Assembly: GCA_012960845.1 (NCBI GenBank)
Contig: DUAN01000189.1
Coordinates: 2,942 to 66,941, forward strand
Source: Planctomycetota bacterium
GTDB taxonomy: Bacteria; Planctomycetota; UBA8108; UBA1146
DNA: 64,000 nt
Reading direction: 5' to 3'
This document shows, piece by piece, positions 26,718 to 35,863 of the stretch (positions are counted from its first letter, which is position 1; each line of letters begins with the position of its first letter). The position numbers and the translations under genes were made by a program. Under the pieces are notes generated by a model, which was given only the letters and a program-made list of their open reading frames with translations, was not told where the DNA came from and did not search any database.

Positions 26718-28333
26718 CCTCTCCCCCCGAATGGTGACTTGGTTCGTCGCCTGCCTGGTCCACGGCTACTCTTCTCAGGTAATTTCTCATCCGGAGATAC
26801 CAGGATGCTGAAGGGATAGGCTCCTGACTTCTGATCGTCCGGTGTCGAGCGAACCCTCTCAACACCAGATATCCCCTCGAGGTTTCTCTGCAAGGTCTCG
26901 ATCGCTTCGAGCCCATTGCGACGAGAGTTATCGGACTGGCCGATCAACTCGATCTCGATTCCTATTTTCGCATCACCTACCACCCGGCGAAGGCTGATCT
27001 GCTCCAGTGAAATTTCCGAAGGGAGATCCTGGCGAAGACCATCGAGGATTTTCGCATAAAACTTCCCCGTCTCGATCTCCTGGACGATCCTGGTCTCTCT
27101 CTTGCGAAACACGTCGTTTTTGGTTCGAGCGTCTTCCTCGGCATTACGCCAACTGGTGATATTTCCGCGCCATTTGCGAATCGTTTCCGAGGCACCCGAG
27201 GAACGTCCGGCAGATACCGACACGTCCATCACCTGCAATCCGACGGCAAGAATCAGCGCTGCTACACCTACCCATAGAAATCGTGTGTGATCGCGGAACG
27301 TCCTGCGCTCGCATTCGGCGCTGGGTAACAGATCGACGATCTGCTCCTCCGAATCGAGCGCTGCTGCTGCGGTTCCGACTACCAGGGTCCACTGTGGGCC
27401 ATCGGTTCCACTAAAGGAGACTTCCTCGATATCTTTACCGAGCAGATCTCGTAATTCAGCACCGCGACACACCAGTGCCGCTCCGATGCCCGATACCAGA
27501 ATTCGATCTGCCACGACATCGTCAATTTTCAACTGTGCCTGGCAGAAGGTGAGGGAAGAAGTGAGCATCTGTCCCAGTTGGCTGGTCCACCCTCGGTGGC
27601 AGCCAATCATCGCCTCTTCTCCGTCGAGCAGGTCACCCGACGAGAAGGCTTCGACCATCTTGCGCGCTTTCGACTCCGAGACCGAGAGGCGTTCAGAGAC
27701 CAGATCCACCATCCCATTCAGGCCAAATCCAACGGTGCGAGCAAACAACAACCGATTCTCGCGGACCACCAGTACCTGCGTTTCTGCCTCCTGAACGTCG
27801 CACACCAGTACCGTCTGATCGCCACTGTCAGGACCATGGCTGGCGAGGTGCCCATGATAGGCCCCGATTGCAGAAGGCAATGCCAGCTGCACCTGCCCCT
27901 TACTCTCGCGAATCTGATCGATGATGGGCTGGATCACTGCGTCTTTCCCGACCCCTAGCAACAACAATGTGTCCTCGGAAAGGCTTTCAGGGACCAGCAG
28001 TTCGATGTGCCCACCGGAGAGTGCGTCTCCAGTCTTTTCGGCGATCTCCTCGATCTCGTAATGAAGGATCAAATCGAGTCTCCAGGAGGGCACCGGAGGC
28101 ACACTGTGGTAACGCAGAGAAGAACTCTCGCCATCGAGAACCAGCGCGATGTTACCGGTTGGGAATCCCAACTTCGACAGTTCAGCGATCCATGCACCGA
28201 TACTCGACTCATCATCGGGTTTCAACTCGTGGACAGAAGCCACTTCAACGGTGTGACCGACCCCACGTACATGGGCCGCACGCCAGCGATTTTCCTTCAC
28301 CTCGAGTACGGCTACCTGCCCCTTGTAGGACAT
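26714..28333 (-). CDS. PilM-PilN (GspL-like) fusion: actin-like cytoplasmic domain, TM, periplasmic domain
   Basis: LVCDVQEAETQVLV..NRLLFARTV, ILVSGIGA, VVGTA, IVDLLP, TM, then LPSEISLEQI..IELIG (PilN-like). Confidence 0.75.
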   Translation of the reverse strand: MSYKGQVAVLEVKENRWRAAHVRGVGHTVEVASVHELKPDDESSIGAWIAELSKLGFPTGNIALVLDGESSSLRYHSVPPVPSWRLDLILHYEIEEIAEKTGDALSGGHIELLVPESLSEDTLLLLGVGKDAVIQPIIDQIRESKGQVQLALPSAIGAYHGHLASHGPDSGDQTVLVCDVQEAETQVLVVRENRLLFARTVGFGLNGMVDLVSERLSVSESKARKMVEAFSSGDLLDGEEAMIGCHRGWTSQLGQMLTSSLTFCQAQLKIDDVVADRILVSGIGAALVCRGAELRDLLGKDIEEVSFSGTDGPQWTLVVGTAAAALDSEEQIVDLLPSAECERRTFRDHTRFLWVGVAALILAVGLQVMDVSVSAGRSSGASETIRKWRGNITSWRNAEEDARTKNDVFRKRETRIVQEIETGKFYAKILDGLRQDLPSEISLEQISLRRVVGDAKIGIEIELIGQSDNSRRNGLEAIETLQRNLEGISGVERVRSTPDDQKSGAYPFSILVSPDEKLPEKSSRGPGRRRTKSPFGGRG

Positions 28334-30894
28334 CAGTTCCCCCTCGCATGGATGAGTTTCAATTCCTGAATCGCAACGGCCGCTCCCGGTGAGCCCGGAT
28401 ACTGATTCAGCAACGATTGAAAGTAGAATCGTGCGATCTCGAATCTGTTTTTACCGAGCGCCTCGTGAGCACGAGCCAGCAACAGTTCCACCTTACCGAC
28501 GGTCAAGAGTTGCTCTGCATTTGTGTTTTCACTCTTGCGCTGATCGATGATTTCCTGCGCCCTCGTGGCCGGATCCAGTCCCCCGAATCTAGCCATCGAT
28601 TCGCGGCAGATCCTTTCGAGATAGGTACCGGTAGGTGACCCTGGAAACTTCGATGAATCCTCAAGGACGGCTGCGATCTGCCCGAGCGCAGCACTGACCT
28701 CGACATCGATGTGGTGCTCGAACTGATCCAGTTTTCGGGCCACGTCGGCTCGCCAGGGGAAATCTGCTCGAGCCTTCTGGATCAATCGAGCCGCATCCCC
28801 CTCGGCCCTGGCATCGATGGCGCGTTCCACCTCGGCGAGAGCCTCCAGCACTCGGGATTGCTCGCGCTCACTACTGGCGGTGAATGAAACATCGAGCGCG
28901 CCTCCGGCGATGATAATTCCTGCGTCCGCCATCCACAGCGTGCCTCGCCCGTCATGGTCAGGGAATACCGAAAACGTCATCGGCTGTTGAAATGTCGCCA
29001 CCATCTGGTCCTTGCCGATTCCGATCGAGATCTCGGTGCCGGAACAGGGCTGCAGATCGGTCCAGCGATCCGCCGAGATGACCAGTTTATTGCCGACAAA
29101 GACCTGCACAGGAGAAGAACCCCTTCGGCGAGGAATCCTCCCGACCAGGATCAATGGAGTGGGGCGTTGCGGAGTCCAACTGGCTGCAATCTTCCAGCCG
29201 ATGGAGCGAGCGAACTGCTGAATCGCCACCTTTCCTTGCCCTAGTTCATCCAGTTCGAAACCGAGTCGAACCGATCCGTCATCCCCGGTGACCACTTGCT
29301 CTCGCCGAACCGGCAGTAACTGCCCCCATGGCATCGCTCTGGGAGGTCCGACCGCCACTCGAAGGTCCGAGATCAATTCCTGCCGTCCCCGCATCAACTT
29401 GCCAACGCCGTAGGCATCGATGGCCAGATCCATCTTCTGTTCATCATCACCTGCGGAAATGACGACCGCTGGATCTCTCCCAGTCTCGACCGCTCTGACC
29501 ACCAACTGGTCGAGCAATAGTTGACCGCTTCCTTGCCCCAGTGCCACCAGCGAGACTCTTGCAGACCCTCCATTTCCCTTCACCGGAGGTGCAAACTCTG
29601 CAGCATGCCCACTCCAGTTCGAGGACGACTTCAAGGAAGAAAACTGTTCGTCAATTATTCGGTCACCTTGATCGCTCGACTCGATCCAACGAACGCAGAA
29701 TCCGATCCGATCGAAACCGACCTTTTGAAGACGAGCACTGAGCCGTAAACCATGACCCTGATCGACCTCGAAGATGGTGTCATACTCGAGGCGGAAAATC
29801 CCCAGTGCATCGGCTTCTCCGCTGCACAAGAGCCACTGCTTCCCCTGTGGAGCCTGGTCGCCTCGTTGAACATCGAGGGTTCCCTCGCCGCTGGCGAGTC
29901 GCCATGGTCCATCGAGTATCGGGCCGATGGGCACCTGTTCGAAATGTCCAGCTCCGGAAAGCCGATCACCCCGGGGGACCACCAGGTCAGGATTACTTGC
30001 GAGATCCTCAATCCACCCGTAGCCAGAGTAGAGCACCACACCCAGTACCAGGATGAAGGAGATGGTGAAGAGCCCCTGAGATCCCTGTGAACCAACATCG
30101 ACCCGGGTACTACGCCCCACTGTCATCTCGGCGGTAGGATTGGCCGCCGACCGGGTCGTCATACGAATGGCTGCTCGCCCATCTCCAGCTGATTTCGACC
30201 GACCGGGAAATCCCATCGCGGTGAACTTCGTCATGCCGATGCGGAATTGAACCCCATCTCTCAGTTCCAGTTTCTTGACCTTCTGTTGCCCCACCACGAT
30301 TCCATTTCCGGAGCCGAGGTCGGACATGTACCACTCACCATCTTGCTCGAGCAGGACGGCGTGCTTGGAAGATATTCTATTGTCCTCGATGGTCACGTCG
30401 GCCTCTTCGGCGCGCCCGATAACCACTCGCCCAACCGCTGGGATCCAGTGATCGATACCGCCATGCTGATAGGCCAGGCAAGGACCGGTGGGTGCAGTTG
30501 TGACAGAAGTTGCTGTGGAAGATGTGGCCGGTGCAGAAGCAGGTGCTGCGATCGGCGTTCGATCGGTATCATCCTCGAGTAGAGCCCCGTCTGTCAATTC
30601 TAGCAGCAACTCCGCATCCCCGATGCAGATGCAATCGCCATGAGAGAGGGTCACCTGGTCGACCTTTTGCCCGTGCAGGAGACTTCCATTGGAGGAAGAG
30701 AGATCCTGATAGATGAAAGCATCCCCCTCCCAGCGAAAAACTCCATGCTTTCTAGAAGCGGCTCGATCCTCGATCACGATGCGAGACCCGGGGTCCCTGC
30801 CGATTGTGATCGGTTCCTGAGAGATGTTGACGATGGTCTTGCGACCGATGTCCTTCACGCGAATCCTGCCACTCATGCTAGTGCTCCCCATCAT
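28333..30894 (-). CDS. Double-FHA membrane protein with large extracytoplasmic beta region and C-terminal TPR
   Basis: FHA1 TIGRD...ASRKHG...DLSSSNG; FHA2 VIGRA...ISSKHA...DLGSGNG; TM (LFTISFILVLGVVLY); C-terminal ARFYFQSLLNQYPGS. Confidence 0.8.
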   Translation of the reverse strand: MMGSTSMSGRIRVKDIGRKTIVNISQEPITIGRDPGSRIVIEDRAASRKHGVFRWEGDAFIYQDLSSSNGSLLHGQKVDQVTLSHGDCICIGDAELLLELTDGALLEDDTDRTPIAAPASAPATSSTATSVTTAPTGPCLAYQHGGIDHWIPAVGRVVIGRAEEADVTIEDNRISSKHAVLLEQDGEWYMSDLGSGNGIVVGQQKVKKLELRDGVQFRIGMTKFTAMGFPGRSKSAGDGRAAIRMTTRSAANPTAEMTVGRSTRVDVGSQGSQGLFTISFILVLGVVLYSGYGWIEDLASNPDLVVPRGDRLSGAGHFEQVPIGPILDGPWRLASGEGTLDVQRGDQAPQGKQWLLCSGEADALGIFRLEYDTIFEVDQGHGLRLSARLQKVGFDRIGFCVRWIESSDQGDRIIDEQFSSLKSSSNWSGHAAEFAPPVKGNGGSARVSLVALGQGSGQLLLDQLVVRAVETGRDPAVVISAGDDEQKMDLAIDAYGVGKLMRGRQELISDLRVAVGPPRAMPWGQLLPVRREQVVTGDDGSVRLGFELDELGQGKVAIQQFARSIGWKIAASWTPQRPTPLILVGRIPRRRGSSPVQVFVGNKLVISADRWTDLQPCSGTEISIGIGKDQMVATFQQPMTFSVFPDHDGRGTLWMADAGIIIAGGALDVSFTASSEREQSRVLEALAEVERAIDARAEGDAARLIQKARADFPWRADVARKLDQFEHHIDVEVSAALGQIAAVLEDSSKFPGSPTGTYLERICRESMARFGGLDPATRAQEIIDQRKSENTNAEQLLTVGKVELLLARAHEALGKNRFEIARFYFQSLLNQYPGSPGAAVAIQELKLIHARGN

Positions 30895-32971
30895 TCCCTG
30901 AATTACGCTTCAAACGATACTTCTCGATCTTCTGATCCAGTGTCGGTCTTGAGACTCCCAGTTGTCGGGCGGTCTTGCTCTTGTTCCAGGAGTTCTCCTC
31001 GAGGATGGCAGCGATCACCTGACGCTCCAGGCCCTCGGTCGCTTCTGCCACCAGTTCCCGCAGGGTGCCGCGCATCGGTTCACGATTTTCAGATCCCGCC
31101 TTGGGACCATGCGACAGCACCGATGGGGAGATCGTCTCGGGGACGATGACGTCTTCGGAGAGCGCCACCAGGCGCTCGATCTCATTCTCCAGCTGACGAA
31201 CATTGCCAGGCCAGGGACTGTGATAGAGTGCATATAGAGTTCTCGGATCCATCTTGGGTCGATCTCGATCATGGCGGGAACAGACCTCATCGATGAAGTG
31301 GTCCACCAGCAGTGGAATGTCCTCTCGTCGTTCTCGAAGAGCGGGCAACTGGACCGTCAGAACATTCAATCGATAGTAAAGGTCTTCGCGAAAATTACCG
31401 TTTCGAACCATCTCTTCGAGCTTTTGATTGGTGGCGGATAGGATCCGAACTTCCACGCGAATCGTATCCCGAGATCCGACCGGTCGAATTTCACCATCTT
31501 CGAGAACCCGCAGTAATTTCGCCTGTAGTTCCTTACTCATGTCGCCGATCTCATCGAGGAACAGGGTGCCTCCATCGGCCAGTTCGAAGAGCCCCTTCTT
31601 GTCGCGATGGGCGCCAGTGAAGGCACCCTTCACATGACCGAAGAACTCACTCTCCAGCAAATTCTCAGGAATCGCTGCGCAGTTCTGCGAGACGAAGGGC
31701 TGGTCCTTGCGGTTCGATCCAACGTGAACCGCCTGTGCCACCAGTTCCTTGCCGGTTCCGCTCTCTCCGAGGATCAGCACCGGCATGTCGGTATTGATCA
31801 CGCGATCGAGCAGTTCGAAGACTCGAATCATGATCGGCGAGCGGGTCACGATTCGATCAAAGGAGTGCTTCAGATCGGGTCTGGCCCCTCGTTTGAGTAA
31901 CTCCCGAACATCCTCGGGTTCTACATCTCGAGCAATCAGCATCGCCTGAAATTCTCGGTTCAGCGCCTCGACCTGGTCCTTGGAAGACTGGATCGCTTCC
32001 TGTTTGCGATGCAGTTCCTCGAACAAACGGGCATTCTCGATGTAGATCGCTGCCTGATCCGCGAGGAACTGGACGAAACGGAGAGTCCCCTTATGGAATG
32101 AGTGCTTTTCAAATCGATTATCGACATAGGCGGCACCCAGTATCTTGCCACGCAATCGAAGGGGCACACACAGGACCGACTCCAGCCGCAAGTTTGCGAT
32201 GGAGGCCGATTCATGGAAGCGAGGATCACTTCGTGCATCTCCGGTCAATACCGGCTCACCCGAATCGATGACTCTCCGAGTGAGTGACTGGCTGACCTGT
32301 AGGTGAGCCCTTCGAACCACATCTCGGTCGATGTTTCGGGATGAAGCCACCCGCAGTTCCCCATCCTCCTCGATGATCAAGAATCCCCGCTCCGCTCCAG
32401 AAATCTCGATGATATTCTGAAGGATCACCTCGAACAGTTCTTCCGTCACGAGGATGGCACCGAGGTCCCTGGTCAACTGGAGCAAGCGGAGAAAGATCTC
32501 TCTTTCCTTCTGGAAGCGAATCGGATCCTCGGTGGTGGCCTCTTCTGCGATCGGTTCAAGAAAGTACTCGGTACTGAGAACCAGGGTTTCGCCGGCAGGA
32601 GCATTTTCACGATGCATTTCAGGAATCTCGCCGAAGAAGATCTGAGTCTTGCCGATCTCGATCAGATCCCCGACCATCAAGGGCTGACGCCGAATCAGGA
32701 TCCCGTTGACGAGAGTGCCATTGCGACTTCGCAGGTCCTCGATGTGCCAGCGCCCCTGGATCCTGTTCAACTGACAATGCTCACGGGATGACGAGATGTC
32801 GCCGACCTCGACATCGTTCTCTCGTGAGCGACCGATGGCGATCGATTCTGCATCCAACCGGACACGGCGCTCCCCCGCCATATCACGAATGATCAGCTCA
32901 GCAGGGCTCGCCGCGTGGTTCGGCTGCCCTCCATGTCGTGCTCGTTCAGGCACGTCCAATGTGGTCTCCAT
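30878..32971 (-). CDS. Sigma54-dependent transcriptional activator, FHA-GAF-AAA+-HTH(Fis)
   Basis: FHA IGRS...SSREH...DLRSRNGT; GAF ERGFL...SVLCVPL...YVDNR; Walker A GESGTGKE; GAFTGA; LFLDEIG; FREDLYYRL; WPGNVRQL; HTH TARQLGVSRPTL. Confidence 0.93.
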   Translation of the reverse strand: METTLDVPERARHGGQPNHAASPAELIIRDMAGERRVRLDAESIAIGRSRENDVEVGDISSSREHCQLNRIQGRWHIEDLRSRNGTLVNGILIRRQPLMVGDLIEIGKTQIFFGEIPEMHRENAPAGETLVLSTEYFLEPIAEEATTEDPIRFQKEREIFLRLLQLTRDLGAILVTEELFEVILQNIIEISGAERGFLIIEEDGELRVASSRNIDRDVVRRAHLQVSQSLTRRVIDSGEPVLTGDARSDPRFHESASIANLRLESVLCVPLRLRGKILGAAYVDNRFEKHSFHKGTLRFVQFLADQAAIYIENARLFEELHRKQEAIQSSKDQVEALNREFQAMLIARDVEPEDVRELLKRGARPDLKHSFDRIVTRSPIMIRVFELLDRVINTDMPVLILGESGTGKELVAQAVHVGSNRKDQPFVSQNCAAIPENLLESEFFGHVKGAFTGAHRDKKGLFELADGGTLFLDEIGDMSKELQAKLLRVLEDGEIRPVGSRDTIRVEVRILSATNQKLEEMVRNGNFREDLYYRLNVLTVQLPALRERREDIPLLVDHFIDEVCSRHDRDRPKMDPRTLYALYHSPWPGNVRQLENEIERLVALSEDVIVPETISPSVLSHGPKAGSENREPMRGTLRELVAEATEGLERQVIAAILEENSWNKSKTARQLGVSRPTLDQKIEKYRLKRNSGNDGEH

Positions 32972-33027
32972 CTTTGGGCTAGGAGTGGCTTCCTGGGACT
33001 CCTGGATGGTCTCACGCAGGAGCCAGA

Positions 33028-33045
33028 TGTAAAGAAGATTTTACA
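33028..33045. promoter_or_regulatory. Perfect palindromic operator TGTAAA-N6-TTTACA (TyrR-box-type)
   Basis: TGTAAA-GAAGAT-TTTACA in the AT-richer intergenic gap upstream of the activator gene; overlaps a TAAAAT -10-like hexamer on the minus strand. Confidence 0.6.
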
Positions 33046-33057
33046 GGGGGGTGTCGG

Positions 33058-34530
33058 TTATTTAGAGGGGGCCAAAGTGCCCCCCATGGCCTTTTGAAGC
33101 AGGAGTAGCGATCGGTCCTGCCAATCGCGAGCACGAGACGTATAGCCATTTCGACCCTGGTAGATCAAGCAGAAGGGGCTCGAAACTCCCTTCCACTCGA
33201 CCACCCCCGCCAACGAACTGACCCCCCGGATGGTGCCGGTCTTGGCTCGCACCTTGCCCGACAGTGGCGAAGATCGAAAGCGTCGAGCGAGGGTTCCATC
33301 GACTGCACCGACCGACAATCCATCGAGCAATACGGCGCCCCAGCGGCTCACCAATACTCTTTCCAGCAGTTTTCTCAGCACTCTAGCATCGAGCAGATTC
33401 CGACGGGATAGCCCCGAACCATCTCGGATCACCACACCCTCCTGGGCGGAACAGTTCTTCACCAGCCAGGACTTCAATACGGGAGACATCGACGCAAATG
33501 AACCATCTCCACCACTCTCTCGTCCGAGCACTCGCGCCAGCGCATCTGCGTAGAGATTCTGACTTTGCTTGAGCATCACCGGCAGCCGGGATGAAAGTGT
33601 GTGCTGGATCGTGGCCACCGACGTGGCCTTCGCCGCCGGAGTCAGTTTCTTACCCGAGACCTCAATTCCTGAATCCTCGATCATCTTCAAGAGAACGCTG
33701 ACAAATCCATCGGCAGGATCTGGAACCGTGATCCACTCGGTCCGCTCACCGGAAGTGGCTAGAAATTTTCCTGAAACTGTCACCTCCCAGCCTCTTTGCG
33801 AGCGAGCAATGTGATAGAGATGATCTTTCTTCTTGCTGGTCGAAACCAACCGGTTGCGCAGCGAAAGAAGTGGATGCTCAGGTTTGAGTTGAACCGAGAC
33901 CTGGCCCTCGACCACCGGACCGATCACAACATCGATGCAGTTATCATTGAGGTTCAAGGCCCCCGAAGGAGCGCAATACCATCGGGTCAACTGATCGACG
34001 GGCCAATCCGGATGAACTCCTGATCCGCTGAGGTAACGAACATCGGCGAGCACCCGCCCCTCGATTCGTTCGATGCCCAGCCCCTTCAACTGGGTGATCC
34101 ACGGACGCAGTTCCCACAACAAGTCGTCCTTATTTTCGCGACCACAGATGGCGGGATCCCCACCTCCGATCACCAGTAGATCGCCCTTTAGCAGCCCATC
34201 CTCGATCTCCCCGAGACGCAGCAATTCGGTCTTCAAGGAGTGATCAGGGCCGAGTTGAGCCAGTGCCGCCGCCGCCACCACCAGTTTCATACAGGACGCC
34301 GGAGCACGCAGTTGGCTGCCACGGTGCTCGATCACCTCTCCCGTCGGGAGTCGTATCGAGAAGGAGATTTCAGATTCCTTCAGACCCAGTTTCTTGGCCT
34401 GCGCCACGATAGAATCGCCCAGCCCAGACACCGCCAGCAATGGTGGTGTGATCCACAACAGCAGCAGGCAGAGCAACAGAGAAGGCACGGCTCGATACGA
34501 GTGGACAGTTAGTTTTTTTGATCTTTGCAT
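33058..34530 (-). CDS. dacB: D-alanyl-D-alanine carboxypeptidase/endopeptidase PBP4 (peptidase S13)
   Basis: PASCMKL (SxxK), GGGDP, SQNLYAD (SxN), DGSGLSR, RAKTGTI (KTG); start moved to ATG 34530 after GGAGG. Confidence 0.92.
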   Translation of the reverse strand: MQRSKKLTVHSYRAVPSLLLCLLLLWITPPLLAVSGLGDSIVAQAKKLGLKESEISFSIRLPTGEVIEHRGSQLRAPASCMKLVVAAAALAQLGPDHSLKTELLRLGEIEDGLLKGDLLVIGGGDPAICGRENKDDLLWELRPWITQLKGLGIERIEGRVLADVRYLSGSGVHPDWPVDQLTRWYCAPSGALNLNDNCIDVVIGPVVEGQVSVQLKPEHPLLSLRNRLVSTSKKKDHLYHIARSQRGWEVTVSGKFLATSGERTEWITVPDPADGFVSVLLKMIEDSGIEVSGKKLTPAAKATSVATIQHTLSSRLPVMLKQSQNLYADALARVLGRESGGDGSFASMSPVLKSWLVKNCSAQEGVVIRDGSGLSRRNLLDARVLRKLLERVLVSRWGAVLLDGLSVGAVDGTLARRFRSSPLSGKVRAKTGTIRGVSSLAGVVEWKGVSSPFCLIYQGRNGYTSRARDWQDRSLLLLQKAMGGTLAPSK

Positions 34531-34630
34531 CCAGAATCCTCCTGGCCTCCGCAAGCCTAGACCCGGAAGCTCGAAATCACAAGGCTGACTGGACGCATAT
34601 CTACGACTAGGATCGAGCAGGAGAATCATC

Positions 34631-35857
34631 ATGACGCAACAAGGTCCTCGCAAGAAGCCCAGATCCCGCGCCGCAGAATCGATTCATCGAAGGATTCGAG
34701 GCGTGGTGAAGTCGCTCCTCAGTAATAATGATGGAGAATCACTCACTGGCCTTCCAGACCACATCGAATTAAAGATCAGGATCCCCATCCATCTGCGGGA
34801 GAATGATCATCGAGATTCGGTTCTGTTCGCAGACTCGCTCCTTGCGCAGATCGAAACTCTACGAATCCAGGGAGAAACTGAATCTCTCGGCCATCGCTCA
34901 GGCCATGCGCCATGCTACTGGTGTCAAGCTCCGGTCTGCCAGCATTCACACCCTCCCGATTCTCGATCCGTGCTGGCCGGTTGGTCCGCCACTGGGATTC
35001 CGATCTGGCGAGAACTGGCTTCCCTCTTCATCGAGAGCGGGGATCCCCAGATTGACCTGCTCTATGGAGAGCATCCGGGTCCGGCAGTCTGCTGGAGAGG
35101 AGAGGGAGAGTTACTCGATGAAATCCTTCCGGAATATCTAGACGACTCGCTGTTTGCTCGACCGGTGGGTGCGTTACTGGCAGGTGGTTTTTCGATAAAG
35201 GATCTCCCTGGCGATACTCTCAGCATCACGGCATTGATCCTGGAATCGCGAGCCGGAAGAGTAGTACCGAGGTACTCCCTCAATCTGCTCTGTGAAGTTC
35301 CGGCACCGCATCACATCGCCACCATCACTGCGGATTACTCGCGATCCTTACTGGCGGGTTGGATTGGAGCCTTGCGCTCCTCCCTGCACCAATTTCAGGA
35401 GCAACTGATCATCGAAGCATCCCGCGGCAAACGTTCCTCACTGAAGAGTACTCGCGAAAAAGTCGTCGACCTGCTGATCGAATCCAGATCCCAGTTGGAA
35501 ACGTTGCGACGGCGCGATGATCGAAGAACACAGCATGCCCAGAAACGCTCGGAGGACCCCCATCGCCCTACATCGGCAGCACTGGGAGATCTTCTCGCCA
35601 GCGACGGATCGGACCTGTTCGAGGATCGCAAGGAATCGACCGTGGTGCTTCGTGGTCCGCAAGGAAGAATCCATATCTTCACCTTCACGGGAAGACACAT
35701 CACCAGCGCGATCTACAGTACCGATTCGATTCAATCAAGAATCGCTCGTACACGCTGGGTTCCGATGAATAAAGAGAGAGCTCGTGCCTTGGTCGAGCGG
35801 GTACGACGATCGATCGAACCGGGAAACCCCGGGCTTTCACAGGGGGGCGCATCATGA
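34631..35857 (+). CDS. Hypothetical protein with Cys/His cluster
   Basis: 408-aa ORF with AGGAG RBS filling the gap between dacB and the dipeptidase gene; CYWCQAPVCQHSHPP; no family recognised. Confidence 0.75.
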   Translation: MTQQGPRKKPRSRAAESIHRRIRGVVKSLLSNNDGESLTGLPDHIELKIRIPIHLRENDHRDSVLFADSLLAQIETLRIQGETESLGHRSGHAPCYWCQAPVCQHSHPPDSRSVLAGWSATGIPIWRELASLFIESGDPQIDLLYGEHPGPAVCWRGEGELLDEILPEYLDDSLFARPVGALLAGGFSIKDLPGDTLSITALILESRAGRVVPRYSLNLLCEVPAPHHIATITADYSRSLLAGWIGALRSSLHQFQEQLIIEASRGKRSSLKSTREKVVDLLIESRSQLETLRRRDDRRTQHAQKRSEDPHRPTSAALGDLLASDGSDLFEDRKESTVVLRGPQGRIHIFTFTGRHITSAIYSTDSIQSRIARTRWVPMNKERARALVERVRRSIEPGNPGLSQGGAS

Positions 35858-35863
35858 GTATCT

